Source: a bacterium (GTDB lineage Bacteria > Auribacterota > Tritonobacteria > UBA1439). Taken from it: a stretch of DNA of 64,000 nt. The notes beneath the pieces were generated by a model. The model ran no database searches. It was given only the letters and a program-made list of their open reading frames with translations, and was not told where the DNA came from. Numbering within the stretch: position 1 is the first letter of the stretch; the number at the start of each line of letters is the position of its first letter. Below are positions 54,215-64,000 of this stretch, piece by piece. The position numbers were made by a program, and so were the translations under genes. The stretch is taken from positions 119,647 through 183,646 of the forward strand of contig JAQUPF010000001.1 in NCBI GenBank assembly GCA_028716845.1. The letters run 5' to 3'.

Positions 54215-55347
54215 CGCCGCGCCTCCTCCCGCGCCCACCGGTCGGCGGCGAGGATCTCCTCGAGCGAGGGGCGCGCCGTCGCCCGGTGGCGGCCCATGAC
54301 GTCGCCGACGAGCGCCGCGATCGCCGTGAAGCGGATCTCCCGCGCGAGGAACCGCTCGACGGCGATCTCGTTGGCGGCGTTGAGGACGGCGGGGAGGGTG
54401 CCGCCGGCGGCCATGGCGCGCCGGGCGAGGTCGAGCGAGGGGAAGCGGTCCGGGTCGGGCCGCTCGAAGCGGAGCGCCGGGATCCCGTCGAGCCGGAGGC
54501 CGTCCCAGGGGAGGGGGAGGCGCCGCGGTAGGAGGAGGGCGTACTGGATCGGGATGCGCATGTCGGGACGGCTCATCTGCGCGACGACCGAGCCGTCCAC
54601 GAACTCGACGAGCGAGTGGACGATGCACTCCGGGTGGACGAGCACCTCGATCGCCTCCGGCTCGACGCCGAAGAGCCAGCGCGCCTCCACCATCTCGAGC
54701 CCCTTGTTCATCATCGTGGCGGAGTCCACGGTGACCTTCCTTCCCATCCGCCAGCGGGGGTGCCGGAGCGCCTCCTCGGGCGTCGCCCGCTCCATCTCCG
54801 CCGCCGTCCGGCGCAGGAACGGTCCGCCGGAGGCGGTGAGGATGAGCCGCCGCACCTCCCCGCGCCCCCCCGCGCGCAGGCACTGGTGGAGGGCGCTGTG
54901 CTCGCTGTCCACCGGGACGATCTCGGCGCCGCGCGCCGCCGCCTCGCCCATGACGATCTCGCCCGCGCAGACGAGGACCTCCTTGTTCGCGAGCGCGACC
55001 CGCTTCCCCGCCCGGATCGCCTCGAGCGTCGGCGCGAGGCCGGCGGCGCCCACCATCGCGGAGAGGACCGTGTCGGCCCCCTCCATCCGCGCGAGGGACG
55101 CGACCCCCTCGTCGCCCGCGCGCACCTCGACGCCGGGGGGAAGGAGCGGCGCGAGCTCGGCGGCGCACGCCCGGTCGGCGACCGCCACCGCGCGCGGGCG
55201 GAACCGGCCGGCCTGCTCGCGCAGGAGCTGCACGCTCGCGCGCGCGGCGAGGCCCGCGACGGCGATCTCGCCGGGGAAGGCGGCCGCGACCTCGAGGGCG
55301 CCGCGGCCGATCGAGCCGGTCGATCCGAGGACGACGATCCTGTTCAT
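54205..55347 (-). CDS. dxr: 1-deoxy-D-xylulose 5-phosphate reductoisomerase
   Basis: MNRIVVLGSTGSIG...LANKE...DSEHSA...NAANE. ATGA overlap with cdsA. Confidence 0.93.
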   Translation of the reverse strand: MNRIVVLGSTGSIGRGALEVAAAFPGEIAVAGLAARASVQLLREQAGRFRPRAVAVADRACAAELAPLLPPGVEVRAGDEGVASLARMEGADTVLSAMVGAAGLAPTLEAIRAGKRVALANKEVLVCAGEIVMGEAAARGAEIVPVDSEHSALHQCLRAGGRGEVRRLILTASGGPFLRRTAAEMERATPEEALRHPRWRMGRKVTVDSATMMNKGLEMVEARWLFGVEPEAIEVLVHPECIVHSLVEFVDGSVVAQMSRPDMRIPIQYALLLPRRLPLPWDGLRLDGIPALRFERPDPDRFPSLDLARRAMAAGGTLPAVLNAANEIAVERFLAREIRFTAIAALVGDVMGRHRATARPSLEEILAADRWAREEARRWA

Positions 55348-56216
55348 CCGGCCATCACGAGGTAGAGGTACAGCACCGGGAGGGTGAGGAGGAGGCTGTC
55401 CATCACGTCGAGCGCCCCGCCGATGCCGGGGATGAGACCGCTCGCGTCCTTCAGCCCCGCGTCGCGCTTGAGCATGGACTCGGCGAGGTCGCCGACCTGG
55501 CCGAGGAGGTTGAGGCCGGCGCCCATGGCGAGCGCGTGCGGGAGCGGCATCCCGCACGGGAACCAGCGCCAGATGACGAGGCCGGCGATGAGGCCGCCGG
55601 CGAGGTTCCCGGCGGCCCCCTCCCACGTCTTCTTCGGGCTGATCCGCGGGATGAGCTTGTGCCTGCCGATCGTGCTCCCGACCGCGTAGGCGAGCATGTC
55701 GCCCCCCTTCACGATGAGGAAGAGGGCGAAGAGGAACCACCGGCCGTCGAGGCCGGGGTAGTACATCACCTTGAAGATGAACGACCAGAGGAGCGGCACG
55801 TACACGAAGCCCGAGAGGACGCCGGCGATGTTCCCGATGGCGCGCCCCGCGTCGCGCTCGAACGCCTGGAGGATGAAGAGCCCCGTGACGAGGGAGACGA
55901 GGGCGAGGTGCTCGAAGCCGCCGTCGGGCAGCCGCAGGTAGCTCGCGAAGAAGACCGCCGACACGTAGATGACGGCCGCCGATCCGCCGTAGAATTTGAA
56001 GACCCTCGCCCCCTTCGCCTCGAGCATGCGGAAATACTCGAGGATGCCGACGAGGGCGAGGAGGTTGGCGACCGCGAAGGCGAAGACCGCCGCGCCTCCC
56101 CGGGAGAAGGTCACGGCGACGATGATGACGCCGATGAGGAGCAGCGAGCTGCCCGCCCTGTGGATGAACACGATCGCACCCTCCCGCGCGGCGGCGCCCG
56201 CCGCGGCGCCGCTCAC
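55344..56216 (-). CDS. cdsA: Phosphatidate cytidylyltransferase (CdsA family) with an atypical signature
   Basis: Polytopic membrane protein in the uppS-cdsA-dxr context. SMLKRDAGLKDASGLIPGIGGALDVMDS aligns to the CdsA signature, but the usual HGG...D(R/K) reads IGG...DV. Confidence 0.8.
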   Translation of the reverse strand: MSGAAAGAAAREGAIVFIHRAGSSLLLIGVIIVAVTFSRGGAAVFAFAVANLLALVGILEYFRMLEAKGARVFKFYGGSAAVIYVSAVFFASYLRLPDGGFEHLALVSLVTGLFILQAFERDAGRAIGNIAGVLSGFVYVPLLWSFIFKVMYYPGLDGRWFLFALFLIVKGGDMLAYAVGSTIGRHKLIPRISPKKTWEGAAGNLAGGLIAGLVIWRWFPCGMPLPHALAMGAGLNLLGQVGDLAESMLKRDAGLKDASGLIPGIGGALDVMDSLLLTLPVLYLYLVMAG

Positions 56217-56995
56217 TCCCCCGGGGAACGGGATCCGGGACGGGGGTCGGCCGCCTCCCCCACGCCACCGAAACGCCGCTCGCGCCCCTGGTAGTCGAGG
56301 AGCGCCCGGATGAACTCGCCCCGGCGGAAATCGGGCCAGTAGACGGGGGTGACGTGGATCTCCGCGTACGATATCTGCCAGAGGAGGAAGTTCGACACCC
56401 GCATCTCCCCGCTCGTGCGGATGAGGAGATCCGGGTCAGGCATCCCCGCCGTGTCGAGGGACGAGGAGATCGTCGCCTCGTCCACCGCCTCGGGGGAGAT
56501 CTCGCCCCGCGCGCACCGGCGGCAGAGCGCGCGCACGGCGTCCGTGATCTCGCCCCGGCCGCCGTAGTTGAGGGCGAGGACGAGGGTCAGGCCGGTGTTG
56601 CGATCGAGGTGACGGACCGCGTCGCGGATCGCCCCCCGCACGTCCTCCGGCAGCCCCGCGATCCGCCCGATCACCCTGAGCCGGACGTTGTTCCGGTCGA
56701 GCTCGGCACGCTCCCTCCGCAGGTACCGCTTCAGGAGCGCCATGAGCGAGGCGACCTCCCGCTTCGGCCGCTTCCAGTTCTCGATGGAGAAGGCGTAGAG
56801 CGTCAGGTACCCGATGCCGAGCTCCCCCGCCGTCCGCACGATCTCCCGTATGGATTCGGCTCCGGCGCGGTGGCCCCGGATCCGCGAGAGCCCCCGCTCC
56901 CGGGCCCACCTGCCGTTGCCGTCCATAATGACGGCGACGTGCCGCGGGAGGCGCTCCCGGGCGAGCCGCTCTTCCGCCGCCGATTCCCCCTTCAT
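56213..56995 (-). CDS. uppS: Isoprenyl transferase (undecaprenyl diphosphate synthase)
   Basis: HVAVIMDGNGRWA...RTSGEMRVSNFLLWQ. Confidence 0.93.
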   Translation of the reverse strand: MKGESAAEERLARERLPRHVAVIMDGNGRWARERGLSRIRGHRAGAESIREIVRTAGELGIGYLTLYAFSIENWKRPKREVASLMALLKRYLRRERAELDRNNVRLRVIGRIAGLPEDVRGAIRDAVRHLDRNTGLTLVLALNYGGRGEITDAVRALCRRCARGEISPEAVDEATISSSLDTAGMPDPDLLIRTSGEMRVSNFLLWQISYAEIHVTPVYWPDFRRGEFIRALLDYQGRERRFGGVGEAADPRPGSRSPGE

Positions 56996-57014
56996 GGCGA
57001 TCGCCCCCGCGCGG

Positions 57015-58248
<1,234 letters not shown>

Positions 58249-58259
<11 letters not shown>

Positions 58260-58857
58260 CCTTGACCTCCTTCATCCCCGCGACCACCCGGTCGACGAGG
58301 CCGTACGCCCTCGCCTCCTCCGCCGTCATGTAGAAATCCCGGTCGGTGTCGCGGGCGATCGTCTCGAGGGCCTTGCCGGTGTGCTGGGCGAGGAGCTCGT
58401 TGATCTTCTCGCGGAGCCGGAGGATCTCCTTCGCCTGGATGCTGATGTCGGCGGCCGCCCCCTGGACGCCCCCCCACGGCTGGTGGATCATGAGCCGCGC
58501 GTGGGGGAGGGCGTAACGCTTCCCCTTCGTCCCCGCGGTGAGGAGGAGGGCGGCCATGCTCGCCGCCTGGCCGACGCAGTAGGTGACGACGTCGCACTTG
58601 ACGAACTGGATCGTGTCGTAGATGGCGAGCCCCGCGGTCACCGAGCCGCCGGGCGAGTTGATGTACAGGTTGATTTCCTTGTCCGGGTCCTCCATCTGGA
58701 GGAAGAGCATCTGGGCGACGACGAGGTTCGACACGTTGTCGTCGATGACCGTGCCGATGAAGACGATCCGGTCCTTGAGGAGCCGCGAGTAGATGTCGTA
58801 GGCCCGCTCGTAGCGGCCGGTCGTCTCGACGACGATCGGGATGAGCTGGTTCTTCAT
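58249..58857 (-). CDS. clpP: ATP-dependent Clp protease proteolytic subunit
   Basis: YINSPGGSV...GQAASMAA...MIHQP. Confidence 0.95.
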
Positions 58858-58879
58858 GCGTCCCCTCCCCTGGCCGGCC

Positions 58880-60166
58880 TCAGTCCTTCGCCTCCCTGAC
58901 CTTCGCGTGCGAGGCGAGGAACCCGGCCACCTTCCGCTTGAGGATCTCCTCCCGGAGATCGTCGAGGCCGCCGTCCTTCTCCAGGGCGCCCCGAACCTCG
59001 GCCGGCTCCCGCTTCAGCTGCCCCGCGATCCTCCCGATGCGCTCCTCCACCTCCCCGGCCGTGACCTCGATCTTCTCCCGCCGGACGATCTCGGCGTAGA
59101 TGCGCCCGAGGCGGAGGCTCCGCTCCGCCTGCCGCCGGGCGCCGGCGAGGAGCTCCTCCTTCTTCTCGATGATCTGCTCCTTCGGCATCCCCCCCTCGAT
59201 GAGCCGCGCGGCCGTCCGCTCGGCGAGCGCCGCCGTCTCCACGTCGAGGCGGCGGGGAGGGAGCGGCACCTTCGTGTGCTCGAGGAGGTAGTCGTTGATC
59301 TGCTCGAGGACGCGGTCGTCCTCCCGCGCCCGGGCGTACTGCTCGAGATCGGCCCGCACCGCGCGCTTCAGGTCATCGACGGCCGCGTAGTCGCCGAGCT
59401 CCCTGCAGAACTCGTCCGTGAGGGCGGGGGCCTTCTTCCGCTTGATCTCGCGGAGGGTGACGGTGTAGGAGGCCTCCTTGCCGCCGAGCTGCGCCGGCCG
59501 CACCTCCGCCGGCAGCGTGAGGGCGAATGTCCGCGTCTCCTCCGGCCGCATCCCGATCAGCCGGTCGCCGAAGCCGGGGAGGTAGGCATCGGCGGCGACC
59601 TCCATCCAGGCGCCCGTCCGCTCCTCGAAGACGGCGCTGTCCGCCTCGCCCCTGATGTCGAGGAGAGCGAAATCGCCCGCCTCGGCCGGCCGGTCCGCCA
59701 CGGGGATGAACTCGGCGTGCCGGTCGAGGAGCGCGCCGACGGCCCGGTCGACGTCCTCGTCGGTCACGGCCTCCTTCCGCCGGCGGACCTTGATCCCGGT
59801 GTAGCCGCCCAGGCGGAGCGCCGGCCACGTCTCGACCTCCACCTGGTAGGAGAACGGCTCCGCCGGCGAAATGGCGATCGACTTCACGTCCATCCGGGGG
59901 GAGACGGCGGGCTCGATCCCCTCCCGCCGGAGTGCCTCCCCGAACGACTCGTCGACGAGCCGTTCCTTGACCTCCTCGTGCACCCTCGGGGCGAAGTGGA
60001 GTTCGAGCACCCGCCGGGGGGCCTTCCCCGGCCTGAAGCCGTCGAGGCGGGCGGTCCTCCCGAGGCGTTCGTAGGCCCGGTCGATCTCGAGGCGAACGCG
60101 CTCGACGGGGAGCGTCACCCTGAGATTCCTGCGGCACGCGTCGATCGTCTCGACCTTGATGTCCAT
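58880..60166 (-). CDS. tig: Trigger factor
   Basis: ATG at 60166 ([20 protein letters not shown]). The longer track ORF reads through tRNA-Gly, so I rejected it. Confidence 0.9.
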   Translation of the reverse strand: MDIKVETIDACRRNLRVTLPVERVRLEIDRAYERLGRTARLDGFRPGKAPRRVLELHFAPRVHEEVKERLVDESFGEALRREGIEPAVSPRMDVKSIAISPAEPFSYQVEVETWPALRLGGYTGIKVRRRKEAVTDEDVDRAVGALLDRHAEFIPVADRPAEAGDFALLDIRGEADSAVFEERTGAWMEVAADAYLPGFGDRLIGMRPEETRTFALTLPAEVRPAQLGGKEASYTVTLREIKRKKAPALTDEFCRELGDYAAVDDLKRAVRADLEQYARAREDDRVLEQINDYLLEHTKVPLPPRRLDVETAALAERTAARLIEGGMPKEQIIEKKEELLAGARRQAERSLRLGRIYAEIVRREKIEVTAGEVEERIGRIAGQLKREPAEVRGALEKDGGLDDLREEILKRKVAGFLASHAKVREAKD

Positions 60167-60239
60167 TGAACTCCGTTCCGGTCCGTTCGGAACGCGCGCG
60201 GCCGCGCGCCGACCGGACGAGGGGATCAGGAGAAAAGAG

Positions 60240-60315
60240 TGGAGCGAGCGAAGGGATTCGAACCCTCGACGGCCACCTTGGCAAGGTGGTGCTCTACCAG
60301 CTGAGCTACGCTCGC
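60240..60315 (-). tRNA. tRNA-Gly (anticodon GCC), CCA encoded
   Basis: Minus strand reads GCGAGCGTAGCTCAGCTGGTAGAGCACCACCTTGCCAAGGTGGCCGTCGAGGGTTCGAATCCCTTCGCTCGCTCCA. Confidence 0.93.
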
Positions 60316-60358
60316 CCGTGCGTCTGCGCGGATCCGCCCCGCTCCCCCAACCGCCGGT

Positions 60359-60388
60359 AGTATAGTCCACCGCCGACCGCGGTTGAAA
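60359..60388 (-). promoter_or_regulatory. Candidate promoter TTTCAA-N18-TATACT upstream of tRNA-Gly
   Basis: Hexamers read by eye on the minus strand, about 44 nt upstream of the tRNA 5' end. Confidence 0.3.
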
Positions 60389-60551
60389 GCGCAAAATGCG
60401 GGGCCGGACGCGATCAATCGGCCGTATGCACCCTCAACGTTGACCGTGGCGCCCTGAATCGGCCATGCCTCCCGCCCGTCATTTCCCGCCCGACGGGCAA
60501 CAATCATACCTGTATGGCCGCCATTCCCCGAGAAACGATCAACGGTAGTGA

Positions 60552-60636
60552 TGGTGCGAGAGGAGGGACTCGAACCCCCACGCCTTTCGGCATAAGATCC
60601 TAAATCTTACGTGTCTGCCCGTTCCACCACTCTCGC
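60552..60636 (-). tRNA. tRNA-Leu (anticodon TAG), long variable arm, CCA encoded
   Basis: Minus strand reads GCGAGAGTGGTGGAACGGGCAGACACGTAAGATTTAGGATCTTATGCCGAAAGGCGTGGGGGTTCGAGTCCCTCCTCTCGCACCA. Confidence 0.92.
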
Positions 60637-60737
60637 CTCAACTACAGTTCAAAGTTGAAAGTTCAAAGTTCAAAGTGTTCTGCGGCGCTGTCATCTCTTG
60701 CTTTCAACTCGGAACCTTGAACTTTAAACGGCAGTAG
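60637..60737. repeat. Complete inverted TTCAAAGT-core module filling the tRNA-Lys/tRNA-Leu spacer
   Basis: Forward strand has AACTACAGTTCAAAGTTGAAAGTTCAAAGTTCAAAGT, a central 23 nt, then CTTTCAACTCGGAACCTTGAACTTTAAACGGCAGTAG. Confidence 0.85.
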
Positions 60738-60812
60738 TGGTGCGCCACCAGGGACTCGAACCCCGAACCTCCTGATTAAGAGTCAGCTGCTCTACCATTG
60801 AGCTAGTGGCGC
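60738..60812 (-). tRNA. tRNA-Lys (anticodon CTT), CCA encoded
   Basis: Minus strand reads GCGCCACTAGCTCAATGGTAGAGCAGCTGACTCTTAATCAGGAGGTTCGGGGTTCGAGTCCCTGGTGGCGCACCA. Confidence 0.9.
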
Positions 60813-60820
60813 ACGAAAAA

Positions 60821-60850
60821 ATAATACCACTCCCCGCCGGCGCCGGTCAA
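60821..60850 (-). promoter_or_regulatory. Candidate promoter TTGACC-N18-TATTAT immediately upstream of tRNA-Lys
   Basis: The -10 box ends 8 nt before the tRNA 5' end, which implies an almost leaderless tRNA transcript. Confidence 0.45.
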
Positions 60851-60884
60851 GGCCGCTTTGGCCGGGGCGGGGTGGTGTGCTATC

Positions 60885-61703
60885 ATGGCGGAGGAGAACG
60901 ACATGCGCATGCCGCTCATCGCCCTCCTCGCGGCCCTCGCCGCCGCCGGCCATCCCGCCCCGCTCTTCTCGCCCGGCGAGCGCCTGCACTACCGCGGCTA
61001 CGTCCTCGGCTGGATTCCCGTGGGGGACGTCTGGTTCGACACGAGCAGGTCCGTGCACGAGGGGCGGGAGGCGTACCGCTTCGACGCCCGCGCCCTGGGC
61101 CGCTACGTCGTCTACACGCTCGACATCCGCCTCACCTCGATCGTGGACGCGGCCACCCTCCGGAGCAGCCGTTTCTGGCGGCGGGAGGTCGGCAGCGAGA
61201 AGCGGGAGTACGAGGTCATCTTCGACCGGGAGCGGATGGAGGGGCTCTACCGGCGCAAGCGGGGGCGCTTTTCAACCGTCGAGGAGATGGACGCCGCCCC
61301 GATGGACGCGGGGGAATCGTTCCCGATCGGCCCCGACGTGAACGACATCCTCTTCACGCTCTACTTCGCTCGGGACATCGGCGACCGGGTGGGGAACGCG
61401 CGCCACTATCGCTTCGTCGAGAAGGACTACGTCTGGAAGGCGCTCGTCACCGTCACGGAGGAGCGGCGGCTCGACCTCGGCAGGGCCGGCGCCTTCGACG
61501 CGCTTCGGATCTCGATCGAGCCGGACTACGCCGACCATCCCGACAAGCGCGAGGAGTTCAGGGGGCTCTTCGGCGTCGAGGGATCGCTCGAGGTCTGGGT
61601 GGACAAGAAGACGCGGATCCCGCTCATCGTCCGGGGGCGCGTGCCGTTCGTCTATGTCCTGCGTCCCACGGTCACCGTCGTCCTCCAGGATTACCATATC
61701 TAA
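60885..61703 (+). CDS. DUF3108-like secreted protein
   Basis: Signal MRMPLIALLAALAAAG. GERLHYRGYVLGWIPVGDVWFDT fits the DUF3108 pattern as I recall it. The start could be 60885 or 60903. Confidence 0.6.
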   Translation: MAEENDMRMPLIALLAALAAAGHPAPLFSPGERLHYRGYVLGWIPVGDVWFDTSRSVHEGREAYRFDARALGRYVVYTLDIRLTSIVDAATLRSSRFWRREVGSEKREYEVIFDRERMEGLYRRKRGRFSTVEEMDAAPMDAGESFPIGPDVNDILFTLYFARDIGDRVGNARHYRFVEKDYVWKALVTVTEERRLDLGRAGAFDALRISIEPDYADHPDKREEFRGLFGVEGSLEVWVDKKTRIPLIVRGRVPFVYVLRPTVTVVLQDYHI

Positions 61704-61713
61704 GGGGGTGTGC

Positions 61714-63324
61714 ATGGAAACTCGCGGCCCGCGCCCGGCAACGGGGGCATTGCGGAAGGCGCTCGCCCTCTACTGCGCGCTCCTGGCCGTCGGCCTCGCG
61801 CCGCTCCTCCTGCGCCGCAGTTCCCATGCCGCCGTCCTCTCGCGCTACTCGATCCCCTACGCAATCCTGCTCGCGCTCTACATCGCTCTCATCGGCACGA
61901 CCGTCATGCTCGCGATCCGCGCCGCGGGAGGCGGTCTCCGCCGGGACATCCCCCGTTGCACCGGCCGCTGCCGCATCGGGATCGCCGGCGCGTCCGTCAT
62001 CGCGCTCTTCCTCCTCCTCCAGGTGCGCTCCCCCCGCGTCTGGTCCCTCCTCCCGCACCTCGCGCTCGCCGCGGCCATCGCGCTCACGGGCGCGCTCGCG
62101 GCCGCCGGCCCGCGAAGCCGTGCCGCGCTCGTGCGCCTGCAGCGGTTCTTCTCGTCGCGATGCCTCGCCCGCTGCGTCGCGGTCTTCCTCAGTTCCCTCA
62201 TCCTCATCTCGCTCATCGAGTTCGCGCTCCGTCTCCGGCAGCCGTTCCTCTTCGGGCACACCATTTTCGTCAAGGACCCCGAGATCGGTTTCCGGCTCCG
62301 CCCCGGGCTTCCCGGAACCAATTCGGAGGGCTTCCGCGACATCGAGCGGACGGCGGCCAGGCCGCCGGGCGGCTACCGGATCGTGGCCCTCGGCGATTCG
62401 TTCGCCTTCGGCCTCGTCCCGTACGAGCACAACTTCCTCGCCATCCTCGAGCGCCGTCTCGGGGACCGCCTCCGGCGGGATGTCGAGGTGATCAACATGG
62501 GTATACCCGCGTATGGACCGAAAGAGGAACTGGTCCTGCTCGAGAAACGGGGCCTCCGCTACGGGCCGGACCATGTCCTCGTGAACTTCTTCGCCGGCAA
62601 CGACTTCACGGATTCCTACTTCGCGAGAGACACGTACAGGGACCGCATCCTGCTCAACGGCGTTCACTTCAACGTCCGCAGACTGCCCCACGGGGCGCTG
62701 ATGCTCCGCCACTGGTACCTCTGCCACTACATCAAGGTGGGCTGGGTCACCCTCTCCAGGCGCGGGGAGGGCGTCGAGGGCGGCGGGGACGGAACGGGCG
62801 CCGGGGGGGGCGGAGGAGAGAGGGACGGCCCCGCGGCGAACCGGCGCCCGCCGGCCCCCGATGACGGCGGAGTGGATCCGGAAACGTTCCTCTCCGAGAG
62901 CGAGTTCGACGAAATCCTCCGGATCACGTCGGAGCTGTTCATGCGCGCCAACGAATCGCGCCAGTCCGACATGTTCGAGCAGGCGTCCTCGTTCCTGCTC
63001 GGGATGAAGGCCCTCGCCGAGGAGGGCGGGGCGGGGTTCTCGGTCGTGCTCATCCCGGATCAGATCTGCGTCGACCCGGCGGTCCAGAGGAAGGTGTTCA
63101 GGCTCACGGGGCTGCAGGATTCGGACTTCGACTTCGAATGGCCGTCGAGGCGCTTCCGGGAATTCAGCGCGCGGCACGGCGTTCCCGTCATCGACCTCCA
63201 TCCCCTCTTCAGGGAGATGTGCCGGCGGGAGCGGCTCTACATCAGGCGGGACACCCACTGGAACGAGGCGGGCAACAGGCTCGCCGGCGAGGCGATCGCC
63301 GGCCTGTGGGAACCTTCATTATAG
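61714..63324 (+). CDS. Membrane-bound SGNH-hydrolase-type protein (AlgX/AlgJ-like O-acyl-transfer or esterase fold)
   Basis: About 5 N-terminal TM. VALGDSFAFG (block I) and RDTHWNEAG (block V). RBS TAAGGGGG. Confidence 0.65.
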   Translation: METRGPRPATGALRKALALYCALLAVGLAPLLLRRSSHAAVLSRYSIPYAILLALYIALIGTTVMLAIRAAGGGLRRDIPRCTGRCRIGIAGASVIALFLLLQVRSPRVWSLLPHLALAAAIALTGALAAAGPRSRAALVRLQRFFSSRCLARCVAVFLSSLILISLIEFALRLRQPFLFGHTIFVKDPEIGFRLRPGLPGTNSEGFRDIERTAARPPGGYRIVALGDSFAFGLVPYEHNFLAILERRLGDRLRRDVEVINMGIPAYGPKEELVLLEKRGLRYGPDHVLVNFFAGNDFTDSYFARDTYRDRILLNGVHFNVRRLPHGALMLRHWYLCHYIKVGWVTLSRRGEGVEGGGDGTGAGGGGGERDGPAANRRPPAPDDGGVDPETFLSESEFDEILRITSELFMRANESRQSDMFEQASSFLLGMKALAEEGGAGFSVVLIPDQICVDPAVQRKVFRLTGLQDSDFDFEWPSRRFREFSARHGVPVIDLHPLFREMCRRERLYIRRDTHWNEAGNRLAGEAIAGLWEPSL

Positions 63325-63450
63325 ACGTTTTGCGCTTCTTATTGCGGTCCATATTGTTGTGACATTATTCGCCCCGATGGACCCGCGCGGCGAATACGAT
63401 CTCATCTTGCTGATGGATCGCATGTCCCATGCAGGTCCGCGCCGGTTTCC

Positions 63451-63996
63451 TCACCAGCCGAACCAGGTCCCCAGCGCCCGCTCTGCGTACGGCGCGGCCG
63501 AATCCCTGCTCCAGCCGTCCGGCGTCGGCACGGCGGCGGGCTGGTAGTTGATCCTCGCGCGGAACCCGCCGGAGGATACGCCCGGCGTGGGCGTATGCGT
63601 CGGCACGGCCGGGTCCCACGTCGGCGTCGCCGTCGGCGTGTGCGTGGGGACACTCGGGTCCCATGTCGGCGTCGCCGTCGGGGGGGGCGTGGGGACGCTC
63701 GGGTCCCACGTCGGCGTCGCCGTCGGCGCGGGCGTGGGGGTGTCGGAGCGCGGGTACAGGAATCCCGCGTGGTCGCGGAGGCTGCCGCCGTCGCGGGGGC
63801 CCGCAAAGAATGCCTGCCCGATCACCGCCGCCTCGGAGAAATGCGGGGTGTCGACCCTCCCCCCGCCCGAGGCGTCGACGTCGCGCGCGACCCGGATGTT
63901 CGACCCGGCCGCGGCTCCGACGAGCGTCACGACGAGGGCGGCGGCGAACAGCCCCGCCACGGCGCCGGCATGTCGCTGCGTCGCGTTCATCTTCAT
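63451..63996 (-). CDS. Secreted protein with three 15-aa PT-rich tandem repeats, possibly truncated
   Basis: Signal/TM GLFAAALVVTLVGAAA. Repeats are PTATPTWDPSVPT(H/P)(T/P), three copies. It ends just after INYQP...GW, at a low-GC junction. Confidence 0.6.
   Translation of the reverse strand: MKMNATQRHAGAVAGLFAAALVVTLVGAAAGSNIRVARDVDASGGGRVDTPHFSEAAVIGQAFFAGPRDGGSLRDHAGFLYPRSDTPTPAPTATPTWDPSVPTPPPTATPTWDPSVPTHTPTATPTWDPAVPTHTPTPGVSSGGFRARINYQPAAVPTPDGWSRDSAAPYAERALGTWFGW
63597..63737. repeat. 45-bp tandem repeat, three copies, inside the CDS
   Basis: GGGTCCCA(C/T)GTCGGCGTCGCCGTCGG recurs at 63611, 63656 and 63701. Confidence 0.85.
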
Positions 63997-64000
63997 CCCC

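Noticed and set aside
55348-56268. N-terminal extension of ORF 54205..56268
   Set aside because: dxr clearly starts at MNRIVVLGSTGSIG (55347). The extension is out of frame over cdsA.
60167-60394. N-terminal extension of the trigger factor ORF
   Set aside because: It reads through tRNA-Gly. The canonical Tig N-terminus starts at 60166.

Overview
This is a high-GC (about 70% by eye), densely coding bacterial chromosomal segment. I cannot assign a lineage from this window. I support about 75 CDS, 4 tRNAs (Val-CAC, Gly-GCC, Leu-TAG, Lys-CTT) and an RNase P RNA.

Most genes are housekeeping:
- nth, csp
- a two-subunit molybdo-oxidoreductase
- pdaD-speB polyamine genes
- mgtE
- thiL-tsaE-tsaB
- mtnA
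- nfo, surE, dtd
- mscL
- the conserved uppS-cdsA-dxr-rseP-ispG block
- tig-clpP-clpX

Many very long R/P/G/A-rich ORFs in the track are antisense shadow ORFs typical of high-GC DNA, and I rejected them.

The most unusual signal is non-coding. It is a dispersed, AT-richer intergenic repeat family built from two modules:
- Arrays of a 7-mer (CACGGAT, or its complement ATCCGTG/ATCCGCG) repeated with a strict 10-bp phase, in inverted orientation on the two arms.
- A tandem TTCAAAGT-type core bounded by ACTACAG.

The core module sits directly against the ends of tRNA genes and rnpB, and it flanks a roughly 3-kb low-GC islet.

Other items worth follow-up:
- a signal-peptidase-I homolog whose nucleophile Ser reads Ala
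- a very basic protein with an internally duplicated unknown domain
- a Pol-beta-like nucleotidyltransferase with an OB-like tail, divergent from a protease/membrane/NUDIX operon
- a 1090-aa glycoside-phosphorylase-like protein paired with an ABC-class ATPase
- a zinc-ribbon plus three-micro-protein operon
- a cdsA with a deviant signature motif

All family calls come from motif recognition by eye. No searches were run, and start codons are approximate where noted.
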